The notes under the pieces are model-generated. The model was not told the DNA's origin, did not search any database, and was given only the letters and a program-made list of their open reading frames with translations. Both the position numbers and the translations under genes were made by a program. A stretch of DNA of 64,000 bases from Plasmodiophora brassicae (taxonomy: Eukaryota): positions 806,001 to 870,000 of the forward strand of contig CP145412.1 of the NCBI GenBank assembly GCA_036867785.1. Reading direction: 5' to 3'. Position 1 is the first letter of the stretch, and every line of letters starts with the position of its first letter. Positions 13,236-27,497 of this stretch are shown here, one piece after another.

Positions 13236-14616
13236 ATGCAGCCGGCAGACGTTGCCGCACTTATCGATTCGCACGCGCATACGGCGACGACGGCCCAGGA
13301 CGAGCTGGCGGCGGCGGTGCAGAGGCTGCGGGACCTGGCCGACGACGTCGACGGCGGGCAGGCTGGTGTCGGCGCGATCGGCGACCCCATTGGGCAGCTG
13401 CGGAAAAGGTCGCCGGGTACTACGGTCAGGCGACTTCGATCGTGCTTACTGATATGTCTGGCCATAGTTTGGCGCCGGTGCTTAAACAGAGAACCAATGC
13501 AGTCGGGGCGGCGCTGCAATCACTAACGGATAATGTTCGACACAGCCGAGGGCCCAGCCGTGTAATGAGCCCCGTGCTGACAACTGTACGTGCAGGATGG
13601 TAAAACGGGTACCGTGAGTGAAAGAGGCGGAGACGCGCTGGATCGTCAACTGCTCGACCGCATCATTATCTATCATTTCCTGAGAGGCGGACGATTGGAC
13701 CTGGCGCAATCGCTGATCAACGAGACGCGAATGACCGTGCCGTTTGATGAACGATTTTCCATTCTTTCTGATCTGACCGCCGCCATTCGACGTCACGACC
13801 TGTCCAGCTGCATTGCGTATCCGCCCGGGTTGCTTCCGAACGGTGCATTTCTGATGGGGAATTCGCCCAGGTGGTGTCGGACGCATCCCCATCCTGAAAC
13901 CGTTCGCGACTTGCTGTTTATGTTGCATCGGACGCAATTCATGATGTACGTCGAGCAAGGTGATGCCCGTAATGCGATTCTTTACGCCCGCCAGCACCTG
14001 TCGACGATGTATTCGTCGTTTGCAGCCGAGACTGGTGCACTGTTGGCGACGCTGCTGTTCATGAACGATATGGGTCCAAACAAGCCCCGCCTGACTGCCG
14101 ACGACTGGTGCAGATTGGAGGCGTTGTTCAACAGTGTCTTCTGCCGGTCGATGAGTTTGGCAAAGGACAGTCCGCTGAACGTTTGGTACATCCGCCTTCC
14201 ATTAGTATATCACCGTCACCAGTTCTGACCTTCGGTGGATCAGCATCGCAGCCAGCCAGATCGTCATGCCCGTTGTCGCGAAGATGGCGGCGTTCCAGTC
14301 CAAGAACGCGCTGATCAGCCTGGTCTCTTCGAGCGCCCAGGTAACTATCTCCCATTGATCACCGTTGTCTTCGTTTCTTACCGCCATCCAGGTTGCTGTG
14401 GATCTGGGCAAGGAGTTCCAATTCCACTCAACGTTCGTGTGCCCGGTGGCGAAGACTGTGGATTCGCGGCCGGCTCTGCTGACCTGCGGCCACGTCGTCT
14501 CCCACGTGGCCATCCAGAAGATGCAACGCGTCAGCCGTGCCTCACCCGGCACCGTCAAGTGCCCTTACTGCGGATGCGAACAACATCTCAGCAAGACGAT
14601 GCTGTTGCACTTCTAA
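13236..14616 (+). CDS. RMND5: CTLH/GID E3 ligase RING subunit (RMND5/Gid2)
   Basis: LisH (IIIYHFLRGGRLDLAQSLINE), CTLH/CRA, and C-terminal FQFHSTFVCPV...LTCGHV...VKCPYC. Confidence 0.88.
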
Positions 14617-15223
14617 ACATTTACAGGATCGTAATCGTCATCGTCCAGTAGGGGACGTATGTAATTAGGGCTAATCGTCGCAGGTTTGGCGGCCGATCGC
14701 GACCTGATCTGACACCGTCGATGTTTGTCCCCTCAGCGTTCGGACTCGATCTGCCAGGTCAAGCGTCGTTGTCGTCCGCGCCTGAGCGTCTTTCTGCATC
14801 TGGTGGCGCTTCCAGCGGAAGGCAACGGCAGTGGTGCAGGCCACCCAACGACTACGTCAGGAGCATCGCTCGGAATGGGGTTGGGATCCGTTCCGGAGCG
14901 CGATCGCTGCCGATAATGCAGGCACTGATGGCGGGTTGATACGTATCCGACCCGATCCGCCTGATGCCATCGGGTCTGCGGCGATTGCCACACGCAGCCA
15001 TCACACTCGTCTCGAGGACGCATAGCCGGCACATAACGTAGCATGTTCCTGTGATGACTCTGGTACTCTGATGTGCGCCTCGTTGCTGCGAGTTGGAGGA
15101 CCGACCCCCTTCTCCGATGTGCCATGCAGCTTGTCGGATCACGAAGGGAGGTTCAGGAGCAGCGCTGTCATCGGGCCGATAGGGATTTAATTTGGCGCGC
15201 ACGCGCTCGTGGCGGGACCTGGA

Positions 15224-15247
15224 GGGGGGGGGGCCGGGGGGGGGGGG
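15224..15247 (+). repeat. G10-CC-G12 poly-G tract
   Basis: Read directly from the sequence. Confidence 0.9.
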
Positions 15248-15273
15248 ACTGCCTCAGTCACAGCGGGCCGGCC

Positions 15274-15735
15274 ATGGTAACCATACCTAGCGATCTTTTG
15301 CTGCCAGTGATGACGTTGCCGATGATGACGGATCATCCCGACCCAGTCCCCCAGCGTGTCCAGCAGGAGAATTTGCCGCCAGCAGCCTTGGGCAAAGCCG
15401 TGGTGGTGGTGCCCAGCCACGGCAACGAGGTCAAGCCACGCGCGGCGCTTGCAGAGATCACAAACACTAGCGGAGTCGCTGATGCAAGCGCGCCAAAGGC
15501 GGCGGTTATTCCGAGCGATTGCGATGAACCATCCGAGGAACCGACAGAGAGGTTGTCGTCGTACGAGAGCAGTGACGACGACGAAGAGGCACCTGCCAAG
15601 TCACCCATTGAGATCCGCCAGTCTGCGCTCGGCAAGCACGTTCGTTGGGAATCTGGCTCATTACTGGACGATGGGGTCCGAGTTCGTCCTGCACAGCTGT
15701 CGCCCGTACGGAAGCGTCGGCGTGGGGGTGCTTAA
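15274..15735 (+). CDS. Hypothetical low-complexity protein (possibly the last exon of a larger gene)
   Basis: Open frame MVTIPSDLL...RAALAEITN...SSDDDEE...RKRRRGGA*. RxxLxxxxN (D-box-like) and basic NLS-like end; no recognised domain. Confidence 0.4.
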   Translation: MVTIPSDLLLPVMTLPMMTDHPDPVPQRVQQENLPPAALGKAVVVVPSHGNEVKPRAALAEITNTSGVADASAPKAAVIPSDCDEPSEEPTERLSSYESSDDDEEAPAKSPIEIRQSALGKHVRWESGSLLDDGVRVRPAQLSPVRKRRRGGA

Positions 15736-15809
15736 CCTATTTATTTGCCGGCGCCTTCACACTCCTGTAAATAACGATGTCCATACAGAAGGGTTTAGAC
15801 AGATTTACG

Positions 15810-18800
15810 TCATTGAGCGTATGGTCGTCTGCTGGGGTACGCCGCCTCAGATACGAACTGCTGTTGCTGGGCCTGACGCTGCGGGTGAATGAACGGGGCT
15901 GCACCGGCCGACGTCGCTGGCGGACGAACATTCCAGCGGCTTGGACGGCCGGACGATGTTGTCGGCACTGTTGGGGGAGCCGCAGCAGCAGCAGCAGCCG
16001 GTGGCCTGCCTCGCTCTTTGATCATCTTGCTGAACCGGGATTTGAAATAGGATATAATCTGATCGGGTTTTGCGAAGAAGTGCTTGTGGAACTTGAAACC
16101 TTTCGGCGTCAACTTGACCAGTTCATGATGAACACGCTTGGACGGCAAATACGAGAACGTGAATAGACCAGGGTGCTTATAGGAGAAGCCGAAGAAGTAT
16201 GGAATCCGGGCGGGCTAGAGCAATACGTGTCAGGATGAAACGCGGAGTAACGATGACGCCATCCAGACCATTTCCTCCTTTTCGTCTCTGAGCAGATTGT
16301 CGACCTCTGTTTCCGTTCCGAAACGGAACGCGCGGTTCTGCACAATCGTCTCGGAAAGTTTCGTCAGCGGGCGAATGTACCTGGCAAGGATCTCGTCCAG
16401 ATCTGCAGGTCACAAAATCGTCAATGTCAGCATGTTATCGCGAGCCGCCTTCAGAAACCTTCGAATGCCTCGTCGTCGATGATTAGAGTTCGACCCAAGG
16501 CCTTCCTGACATCTTGCGGTTTGTCGCGTTCATCAACGTTGATGTGCGCGAAAACGTCGACAGCAACCTTCCACGTAATCGTCAACTTGTCCACACCATG
16601 ACTTGATGGGCGGATTACGACATCGCCAACAGGCTAACGACATGGTAAGATATACGCCCTGATTACCAGTCCGGTGCACATACGGCGTCCTTAAGCATTG
16701 CCTCCGCTGCTTCCCGGTCTACGTTCGCGAAAAGTGGGTGGTCAATGTTTCGCGGAATAAACCTTCGAACAGCCTTGGGCGCTGGTGCTTTCACGGTTTC
16801 TCCTCGCAAGGCAACAGCATCCCCAGGGAACAATTTGAGATAAGGGTCAGATACGGGCGGAATCTCCCAATGCCTATAGAACCTATTGTAAATGACAAAC
16901 TGAACAGGTAACCGCTTCACGTACTCAATATCCTTTAGGTCACGTTCCATAGAGGTCAAATCGACACGGAAACGCGAGTAATCAATCGACGAAATGCGAG
17001 CTCTGACAGTGGTGCCCTATATAATGACGTCAGAACGATTTGTGATGATAAAGGTGGTAAGGTCGTCGATACAGGCTTAGCGTCATCAAGCAGCTCCTCG
17101 TAGGCCCTTCTTTCGCCATCCTCGTCAAAGCAGATGGAAACCTTGTCGGAGAACTTATGAAGCGGAATGAACGCGCTCAAGCCAGAATCCAATTTCGCGG
17201 AGACACCGCCACGTGTTACGTGAGAGATAAGGACATCGACGACTTGCCCGCGGTATATGGTTACGCCAGGTTGCTCGCCGGTCAACAAACAGAAAAGCGA
17301 TTCCGCTGAGAGTGGGCGGAACGGTTCCCGCATACTGTCTGCAAACGGCACCTTGAGCTCCGCCCTAATCATCAGCAGGATCTCGGTGAAGCGGCCCTCG
17401 CCCGCACTTTCCATCGCCTGAGCGTAGGCGACTAGGTCGAGCTCATCCAGTTTGTATCGCAGCGCGGGTGTTCGAAGCTGGACGATTAATTCCTGACGAG
17501 GATCTCCGCCACTATTGGCCTCGAGGTCAAGAGCATTCAAGACGACACGGTCCGACAAAAGGTAGTGTTCCGGATGGATCCGAGAGTCATCGAGAGGACT
17601 CACATCCCATTGAGAGAACTGTGGCGCAACAATCCTCAAGAATGCAATACAGTTCCGCCAGACACAATCGCCAACAGCTTTGTGGAGATCATCCCGCGAT
17701 GTCAACGACCCATGCCACTTGACGAAGTCGATAATCACTTTGGATTTCCTTCTCCCCAGGCCCGAAACAAACGAGAGGGGACCCGATAGGTGCGGTTGAG
17801 TAGCAGCAAGGTTCACATCGACACCGACATGGTTAACCAGGTCGATCAGCACCCTGGACAAGCCACTCTGCAGAAGAGCTCGGGGCACACAAGCTTGAAG
17901 AGGATGGAGCGAAAGACTCAACAAATCAGAGGGATCACTGGCGAGGCCGCAAACTTCGGAAAGCGGATCTTGGGCGTATCGGCCAAGTGCGACAGCTTCT
18001 CGCAAGAGGGATGGAAAATCGCCCAGCTCTTCGACAAGGCGACGCGACGTTTTCGCGATACGAGCGAAACAAGGATCAACGAACTCAATCGAAATTTCTC
18101 GACCCCGGCTCTGCACCGCCGCCCTTGCCTGATCGAACATAGCAAATCAGTAAGTTGTGACCCTACGAGATCAAGCGCACTACCTCAGAAACAAATTCGC
18201 GGCCATCAAGGGAATCTGCAGAAACCGCAATGAACGTCGGCGAGTACCGTTCTACGAAAGCACGGAATCGTCGAACATCCTGAGCTTTCCTGCTCTTGAT
18301 GCCTAGATAGGACGGTGAGTAAACGAACGCTCATTGAGCTGGGTGTTCAACATTACCGTGCACAGACGATCCACCATTGCCGTCTGAGCGCCGAGCATAA
18401 ATTTTCATATTGGGAAGAACCAAGTGATCAACCATGACGCCATTGCGGTCCAGGACGGCCACGTATGAAGGTTCGCCACGGTCACCGACAGCGCAAGCCG
18501 CAATTACTTTAGTGTCGCGATCGGCCGGCGTTATGGAAACAAGCGATCGCAAACGATCTGCGCAATGGTCGACAATTAAGTCGTGAGAGGCGCCAAGAAG
18601 CTTTTCATGAACCGCGGTTTCCCCAAGCTTATGTAGATACTTGGTGATGGCTTCTTCAAATGCAGCACATCGCTGCTCGTTCCATAGACGCGTATTCAGG
18701 CTGAAACCCGTCGACAGAAACAGGTTCTTGAAGTCGTCCAGAAGAACCGATGCAGATGAGTGCGGGCTTCCCGTGGGCGCTGCAGAGATTTGTAACGTGA

Positions 18801-20665
18801 TAAACCCTTCCGCCTCCGCCCGTTTCAGAAGGGCAAATTGGGCACTGTCCTCTCGAAATAGTCGTGCAGGCTTGTCTTCCAAACGCTTAACGCTGAAATA
18901 CCTGCAGCACGAACAGCATGAGTAATGTCCCGACAACGAAACGAGACGACAACACTTACTCATGAGCCCAATCGACGGTGGCCAGCCCTTTCGACGTCGG
19001 TCGGGTGCTCACGTAAGCGGTCTCAACGAAACGTTCGCGAACGACGGTCCTGATGAAAGGATCGAATGCGAGACGCATAGCGCATATTGACCGTGCAGCA
19101 GAAAGAACAGCCGAATGAGACGCATAACGATCCGATACAAAAGCCTCAGCAGCCTGTTCGGGAGCCATATCCGGATCAACAGGCTCTTTCTGAAGGAACC
19201 CAGACCGAAAGTTGAGCCCAATCTGCCTCGGATCCGGGAAAATCATCTGGACAAGAGGTTCGATGGATGAGTCCTGCGACAGCGCTGGCGCAGCACGACG
19301 AAGCGGCCGCTTCACAGATGAAGATGCGCCATCCACGTTTGACTCTGTTAATCTGAAGCTGATGTAACTTCGGACGTCTTCGATTTCATTCTCATCCTGG
19401 GAGTTCATCAAATGACTATGAAGATCAACCGCATCCGACGCCAAGTTCTTCTCCACTGCACACTGTAAGCATCGGGAGAACGCGATGCAGCAAAGAACTT
19501 ACAGTGTTTCGAAACGGAAACGCGCTTCGCGATGATATGATCCCAGCGGCGATCGCAGTCATCGATGGTCCAGATGTCTGCAGGCTTCAAAGGTGCATAA
19601 TAATCTTTCTGATACCACTGAATGTAGGGTACGTCAAGGCTCTGTCTGCGAATGAAGTCGAGTACGGTGACGATGCTCTTAACTGCCAGATCAGCGTCCT
19701 GAAAGCGAACCATCAGTGGTATTAGGTACATGACGGAGAATGATACAACCATATGTTTGAATTTGAGCTCGTAGATCCACTCTGCCTCCGTAAAGACGAG
19801 TTCGGCATCGTTGCCGTCAGGCGTGACACGTTCAGCTACCCGAGGTTGAAGCCTCTCAGGCAGATCCGCTGCTCTAATTGCATCATCCGCCGCCGTCACC
19901 ATATGCCTTTCGGCAACCGATGGTTCGATTTGTTTACCACGATCCTAACAGACCAATCGTGAGGGTGTCGGCCACAATACAAAACATAAATCGCTTCACC
20001 TTCTGAGCAACGTCTTCAACGACCTCGATCTCTTCCGCCTCGGTAAATGCCAGGAACTCGGTCATATCGCCGAATATTTCGCCTGCTTCACCAAACTGGC
20101 GAGCAGATCGTGCTGACTTCTGTCTTGCAGCACGCTCGTTGGATATCCCGCCAACATCCTCGTCGCTCACGTCAGATAAACCATAGTCGTCCTCTGAAAA
20201 TACATTATCGGTTTTGTCCCGATCGATATCAGAAGCCTCTTCATCCTGTTCCTCAATGCGACGCTGAAGACGTCTATGCGTTCCGTCAGGACGTACATCT
20301 GCAAATCATTCAGTTGTCGAGGCTGGCATTGAGCAATCAACACAAAGGCGACCTTCTCTGGGTCGCTTCTTTCGGTTGAACCGAACCCCATGATGGTCTT
20401 CAAGAAGCAAATAGTCATCTTCAACCAAATCTTCCATCGCTTCCGCTTTAGATGCACCGCGTCCAACTGCCTCATGCTCGGCGTCGATTTCTTCCTCGTC
20501 GGCAATCATTTCGCGGTTCAATCGCGCCGCCTCCTCGTCCTCATCCTCGGATTCCTCCTCGTCCTCGGATGCTTTGAAGTCGAGATCCTCATCCTCGGAT
20601 ACCTCCGCCTCTTCATCAATGAAGGCGCGCTTGCCTTTCGGCACGTCGCCGTCGCCTCCGCTCAT
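15810..20665 (-). CDS. SPT6: Transcription elongation factor Spt6
   Basis: Acidic N-terminus (FIDEEAE), IRAADLPERLQ, YqgF (LREAVALGRYAQDPL), HhH (FVSGLGRRK), DLD (LDDSRIHPEHY), S1 and tandem SH2 (HPLFANV..VIRPSSHG..LTITWKV). Confidence 0.95.
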
Positions 20666-21271
20666 GATGACAGCGGCGACGATACGCACCAATGGCCAGG
20701 TACGACTGCCGCTAGTTCACGCCACGCAGTCCGACGATCGCAGGAAGAGCTAATCGAAAGTATTCGCGGGCAACTGAACCATAGCACACTATAATACCGT
20801 GAATATCGGAGGTGTTAGCCTCCTTGATCTAAAGAAAAAGAGGAAGAATCAGGCAGGCACATAGACGTGTGTAGGGGGACGTCTTGCGAGAAAACGCCGG
20901 AACGCAAGCATTCAGTACCGCCGACGAGCTCGATTGACGGGAAGTTATTCGAGTTGTAGTAAGTACATCACCAGATGATATTAGTCTGCTGCAGACCGCA
21001 CGCTCAACTCCACGCCATGACAAGTCTGTGGCACCCCGTGGTTATGCGTTTCCAGCGCCATCCTTCTTGTATCCACTGCTCAAACTGTTTCCCGTCGTCC
21101 ATATGCGTCGGCAGAAAGGCAATCCACCCAAATGCATTTTTGTCTAGTCTGCGATGACATTCAGCGACAACACCGCTTCGTCACAACAGCGGCTATCATG
21201 ACGATTGTCTGTCTGGACAACGGTTGACGCGCACGCAGTCCGTGGCCACTTGGCGCGCCGGACGTGGAGCC

Positions 21272-23944
21272 ATGAGCGACGACGCCGATCCTGTGTCGCC
21301 CACTGACCGCATCGAGGACGATGCGTCGAATGGCGACGCCGCCTTGGATACGAAGCCCGATGACGATGCCTCGAAAATGGATGTTGACAGCGGGGACGAT
21401 GCGGCCGCGGAGAAGAGGGATGGCGCTGAGGCTGGCGCGCGATCTGAACCCCTCACGACGGAATACGACAACGTCAGCGAAGCGGAGCGCCTGGAGTGGA
21501 TGGAGTGTCGGGGTTCGACATGCGTAGACAGTAAAGACGCGTTCCGACGTGGTGGATTCTGCCTGAAGGCGCAGCGTCTTGAGGCGGCGCTCTACTGGCT
21601 TAATCTGGCGTTGAAGGACGCGAAGATACCTGAACCCCTTCCTGAGCCAGAACCGCCTAAACCTGAAGAGAAGAAGCCGGCTGAGGAAGAAAGGGAAGAC
21701 GAAGACGAAGAGGAGGACGAGGAAGTCGAAGAGGAAGAGGGGGGCGATGATAATGAAGATGACGAGAAGAGTGGATCGACGAAGCACGACGACGCCGTCA
21801 CAACTGAGGAGCAAGAAGACATTGAGGTGAAGGACGAAGCTGAGGAAGGTCGTCGAACCAGGTCGAAGTCTAGATCGCGATCACCACCAATGAGGGCGAC
21901 CAGGTCACGTTCGCCGCCCATGAATTCACCTGAGCAGTCGAAGAGGTCTCCATCGAAGACTCCATCAAAATCGCCGGCGAAGTCTGCAAAGGGCGAGGTG
22001 CCGCCGATCGAACAGATGCAGTTGGATGATCGTACTGAAGAACAGCCAGTTAATGGGGACGAAGAGGCGGAAGAGAAGATTGAACCCGATGCAGACCTTG
22101 CGAAAATGCTTGTGTTCAGAGCCCGTGCCTATCAGCTGTCCAATCAGCACGCTTCGGCCATCAGAGACTTCTCGTCGTCCCTGCGCCTGACTCCGATTTC
22201 GAAGTTGCAAGTTGGAGCGCTCGTTCTGCGCGCCAAATCGTACATAGCCAACGGGCGGCCCGATTTGGCTGTGCGAGATTACAAATCGGCAGAGATCCTG
22301 GATCCTACTGTTCGTGACAATCGTATTCCTGGCTCCTGGCCGACGATGACTAATGCTTTGTGCTCAGGAAACCTCAGTTTACATTGGTCGCTCAGCGCTG
22401 TACGTCGACCAGCGCAAGCATGAGCTGGCGCTTGCTGACTGTATGAAAGCTCTTGAGCTTGACCCCAAGAATGTTGTCGCTCATCGTCGTTCCGGGCTCA
22501 TCTTTGCGGACACAAATCAGCTACCTGCGGTACGTGCCGTGTTTCTAACGTCAACGAACTGATCTGATAATAGTTTCAGGCGATCCGTGCATTCAACAGA
22601 GCTCTTGCTATCCGTGCCGATTATGAATGCTTAACGCTCCGTGGGCGGTCGTACGTGCAGATGGGCGAATTCGATAACGCCCTGTCGGACTACAGCATGG
22701 CTGTTTCCATTGCGCCTCGCGTCGCTCTGGCCTACGGTCATCGTTCAGTGCTCTATGCGCATCTCAAACGACTCGACTTGGCTGTGAATGATGCCACTTC
22801 CTTTATTCGGCTTGCGTCTGGAGATCAGTGTATCTCGGCATATCAAAACCGTATGTTCCCGTTGCGCTGGCGCTGTTCATACCCGTTCGTTAATCATGGG
22901 GCTCTGCCAGGTGGTGTTTGGTGGGCTCAAATGGGAAAGTATGAGAAGGCTATTGCCGATTTCACCTACGTCGTTGAACAACAGGTATTCTAGGCATTTG
23001 CTTGTTCAACCCGAGGGTGTTAATCTTGATGGCAGCCTAACAATTCGTTTGCGTTCATGTCACGCGGGACGGCATATGCTCAGCTCAAACAGTACGATAA
23101 GAGCATCGCGGACTGGCTTAAAGTTGCCGAATTGCACCCAGAAATGGTCAAGGCGCACTACAACCTGGGCAAGCAGTACTACGCCAGTGGGGACTTCGAC
23201 AATGCTGCGAAGTACTTCCAAGAAGTGGTCCGCTTGGCTCCTGAGAATCCAGCTGGGCACTGCGAGCGGGCGCGCTCACTAGCAGCAAAGTCCCTGTGGG
23301 AAGAATCGCTGCAGTGTTGGTCCAAAGCTCTACAGTACGACAAGCAAAACCCTGAGCTATATGTTGGTCGAGCAAAGATCTTCCTGCAGCTTGACGATGT
23401 CGAGGCTGCTGTCAGGGATTATAACGATGCTGTTGCCCTCAATCCGGCCGATCCTCTTTCCTATGAGAGACGAGGTTGTCTTGTGCAATTCGCTGTTGTG
23501 TTCAAACGTTATGCTCATACTTTGTTCGCAGCGGCTTGCCACTTGAAGCTGAAGCAGATTGAGCGAGGTCGCCAGGATATGATGACGGCGAAGAAGCTTC
23601 GTTGGATGATTAACTATGAAAAGGTCTGCTTCGAAACCATGGTGGCGCAGAAGAATCAGTCTGCCCCGTCCCACATGGCCGTTGTCCGAGCCGCCAAAGC
23701 TGCTGCTGCTGCTTCTGTACAGAAGGCTGCCGAAGAATCTGCCAAGGTCGTGGCTGGTGCATCAGAAGATGGCTCGTCCAAAGCGCCTGCTGATCAAGCC
23801 GCGATTTCACAAGACCCCTCTGGTGACGACGGGAGTGCCGGTTCGGAGAATACCTCGCAAGCCGATGTTGCCCCATCAATGTCGCAACCGAATGAAGGTG
23901 GTGCCGACGCAGGAAACCCTGAGACCATGGCCAGCCTTATGTAA
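21272..23944 (+). CDS. TPR-repeat protein with acidic and RS/SP-rich N-terminal insert
   Basis: Multiple TPR units (ALADCMKALELDPKN; RGTAYAQLKQYDKSIADWLKVAELHPE; AHYNLG..AAKYFQEVVRLAPEN). Confidence 0.85.
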
Positions 23945-24384
23945 CAGTACATTTAGAGACATCTTGTTTGAGAATGACCAGCTATCCTGCCTAAACACTT
24001 GGGGTCATGCAGGATGATGGTTGTCACCCGGGTACACCTGGAATTTCATTCGGCATGGGCAGTACGAAAAGCTGTGGTGCGATGCCACTGCTGTATGCGC
24101 GCTTGGGCGTCGGCAGCCCGTTCTATTTTTGAACCCGTGCTTGGAGCAAGTAGGTACGTCCTGGTCGTTTCTGCAAAAACCGAACGTAAGTTTTCGGTCG
24201 AGGAGAGCGGTCCCCGAGACGGGCGGTTCGCCACAGATCAGGGCAGGGCCCGGTGTAACGTCCGGCGTGGGACAATCAGCTGGCAGTGTGTGTTCGGGAC
24301 TTCGGGGCCGCCCCGGGCTTCCAAACGATTCTGAAATCGCGTTGAATGCGTGCGCCGACTGCCGAGTTTCGACCCAGAACATCG

Positions 24385-27300
24385 ATGCGGGCACCCGCGG
24401 CGTCGACCGAGCCGACCTATACAGGGGTCAATGTCACCGATGACTACGATTACGAAAGCGGCGGAGCACCTCCAGTGAAACATGTACGGGGCGTATGATT
24501 GTATCGGCAACGTGGACGCCTAATTCTGTGCTGTACAGGCTTCTGGTTTCTCGCGTGAAGGCACACCCGAAGAGTTCGACCAGTACATGTTCGGTCTGAT
24601 TGGAATTTGCGGGTTCTGCTTATTGGTTGGGTTGTTTGCTGTCGGCGGCGTCGGGAAACTCGTTGTCTGCTTCGTCATGTTGGTGTGCGCCGGCAGTTTT
24701 GCCTTCTGCTCCTATCTGTACCGGTGGATTATGTCCAAAGACAATGGCACTCCAGCCATGCGCGTTATTTCAGACGCCATCAAAGAGGGATCTGAAGGTA
24801 CGTGCTCCGACGCATAGTGCCGCTAGGCCTGGCTGACTGTCCATGCAAAGGATTTCTACGTGTCCAGTATGGCACTGTTGCGTATATGTCACTCGTCGTG
24901 GCTGGAGCGCTCTTCACTATCTACATGTTCCGACAAGCACATTCTGTTTTTGTTGGATCTTTTACGTTGGCCCTCGTAACAGCTTTGTCGTTCCTTATCG
25001 GTGGGTCATTAAACTTGTCACATTCCGTATCGTTAACGTGTATCTGTGAAGGCGCTTTCTGCTCGGCCTTGGCTGGGTTTGTCGGTGTCTTCGTCTCTAT
25101 TCGGGTGAACATTCGCGTGGCAGCAGCTGCAGCACGGCTTCACTATCCAGGTTCTGTCATTACGTCTGGCGAAGTCTCTCCCCGTTCTCATAGGCGATGG
25201 CAGATGCTTTGCAGCTCGCTTTTCGCGGTGGCGCTGTCTCGTCCGTCCTATCCGCTGCAATGTGCATCACCGGCCTGTGTGCGCAGTACGTCTGCTTCCA
25301 TCTCCTGTTCGTGGTCATTGGAGGTAAACTCGTTCAAATTCTATGCTTGCGGCGGCTCACGAAATTGCTCAGGCATACCGCCCCAACAAGTCCCGATGCT
25401 TTTGGGCGGTTATGGCTTCGGAGCGTCGTTCGTAGCGCTATTCATGCAACTTGGTGGTGGAATATACACCAAGGTCGTCCTTGTGGACCCGCGGATTCTA
25501 CTGTTTTCTGATTGGGATGGCAGGCTGCTGATGTTGGTGCTGACATGGTCGGCAAAGTCGAAAGGGACATTCCTGAGGATGACCCTCGAAACCCTGCTGT
25601 TGTTGCTGACCTAGGTAGGTTGGCTATATTCTGAAAACTGCTTTATGAATAACTCTCTGCTTTAGTGGGAGATAATGTCGGCGATTGTGCAGGATCCATG
25701 GCAGATGTTTTCGAAAGTATTGCTGCTGAAATGATTGGTAACACGCAAACACCTTGTCGTTCTAGTAGTTGTCGCTTAACTGGAATCTGAATCGTAGGCA
25801 CCATGATTCTAGCAGGAAGCCTTGCGTATAAGGCAAACCTTGAGACACCCGAAAATTATGTCTTTTTCCCGCTCGTCATTCACGCTCTTGATCTGCTGAT
25901 CAGCGGCCTGGGCATCATGATGGTGCGCAGTGAAAACGATCGTGAGGATCCTCTGGCCTCTATGAAACGCGCATACGCGATTTGTATTGGCGTCGCCGTT
26001 GTTGCGTTCTTCTTTACGACTCGCATCCTACTGTACACGGAAGTGGCTCCGAGCGCTTGGTGGCACTACGGAATGTGTGGCCTCGTTGGAATTATCTGCT
26101 CGTACTTCCTTGTTGTGAGTGTGGCGCCGTGTTATTGCACGTTGGGTTTCGTATGACCGTGTCTGTCTTGCAGCTCTCGACCCAGTTCTATACCGATTAC
26201 ACTCATTCTCCAGTGAAGAAGATCGCATCGGCATCAGCCACTGGTCACGGTACAAACATCATTGCTGGAGTATCTGTCGGCATGGAGTCGACCGCATTCC
26301 CGGTCCTGATTATTTCTGCTTCTTTGTTGGCTGCTCACGGCCTCGGTGCAACTTCCGGTCTACCCGGTCCAACCCCGGTGAGGGCTATCTAACGTTATGC
26401 ATGGTGATGACTTGTATTGAATTCTGTCAGGGTCTCTTCGGCATTGCGATCGCAACCATGGGTATGCTGTGTACTGCCGTGTTCATCCTGTCTATGAACA
26501 ATTTCGGGCCCATTGCCGACAATGCTGGTGGCATTGTCGAGATGAGCGAGCAGACGGAAGGAGCGCGTAAAATTACGGACAGACTTGATGCTGTTGGAAA
26601 TGTTACGAAGGCGGCGACTAAGGGGTAGGATCCGATGCCACAATCATGCGAACGTTATTTAGCGTTGAATAGGTACGCGGTTGGAGGGTCTGCGCTAGCC
26701 TGCTTCGTCCTTTTCCAGGCGTTCCTCGATGAGGTGAACGAATTCTCCCGCGTTCCTGTCGAGGTTGTAGATATTGCCAAGATCGAGGTCATCGTTGGCG
26801 GCCTGATCGGCATAGGGCTAGTCTTCCTGTTTACAGGGTGGGCCATTGACGCTGTTGGCCGAACAGCTCAGGAAGTGGTAGGCAGCCTATCTAACGTGTT
26901 CTTGTCCACCGGATGGCTGTAACCGACCTCCTTAGGTATGGGAGGTTCGTCGCCAATTCAAGGCGAACCCTGGCATTATGGAATGGAAAGTCAAGCCAGA
27001 GTACGGCAAGTGCGTCCAGATCGTTACGAAAGCCGCCTTGCGGGAGATGATCCGTCCAGCTACCCTTGCGTTGACGTGTCCAGTCGTCATAGGCTTCGTG
27101 TTCAAATGGATCGGCAATGCATCCGGGCGTCCGCTGCTCGGCATCGAGGTTCTTGCTGCTTTCCTGTTGTTTGGCACCCTGACTGGCCTAGTCATGGCTA
27201 TCTTCCTGGACAATAGCGGCGGCGCCTGGGACAACTGCAAGAAACTGATCGAATCGACTGGGGGCAAGGGTAGCGAAACGCACAAGGCGGCCGTGACAGG

Positions 27301-27415
27301 GGACACTGTCGGCGACCCATTCAAGGACACAGCAGGTCCCGCACTGCACGTCATTATCACAACAATGTCGACAACGGCCCTCGTCCTTGGGCCGATGTTT
27401 ATCGGAAACCAGTAG
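24385..27415 (+). CDS. Membrane-bound H+-translocating pyrophosphatase, K+-independent (type II/AVP2-like)
   Basis: [81 protein letters not shown]. Confidence 0.95.
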
Positions 27416-27497
27416 AGATGATGATAAACCCACTCTTCCATTTCGTCACGGCCCAAGGGCGCTGACAGTGAGGTCCATTGTGTAGTGATTAGGACAA

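Noticed and set aside
14721-15200. Short ORFs on both strands downstream of RMND5
   Set aside because: No recognisable domain or consistent exon chain could be supported.
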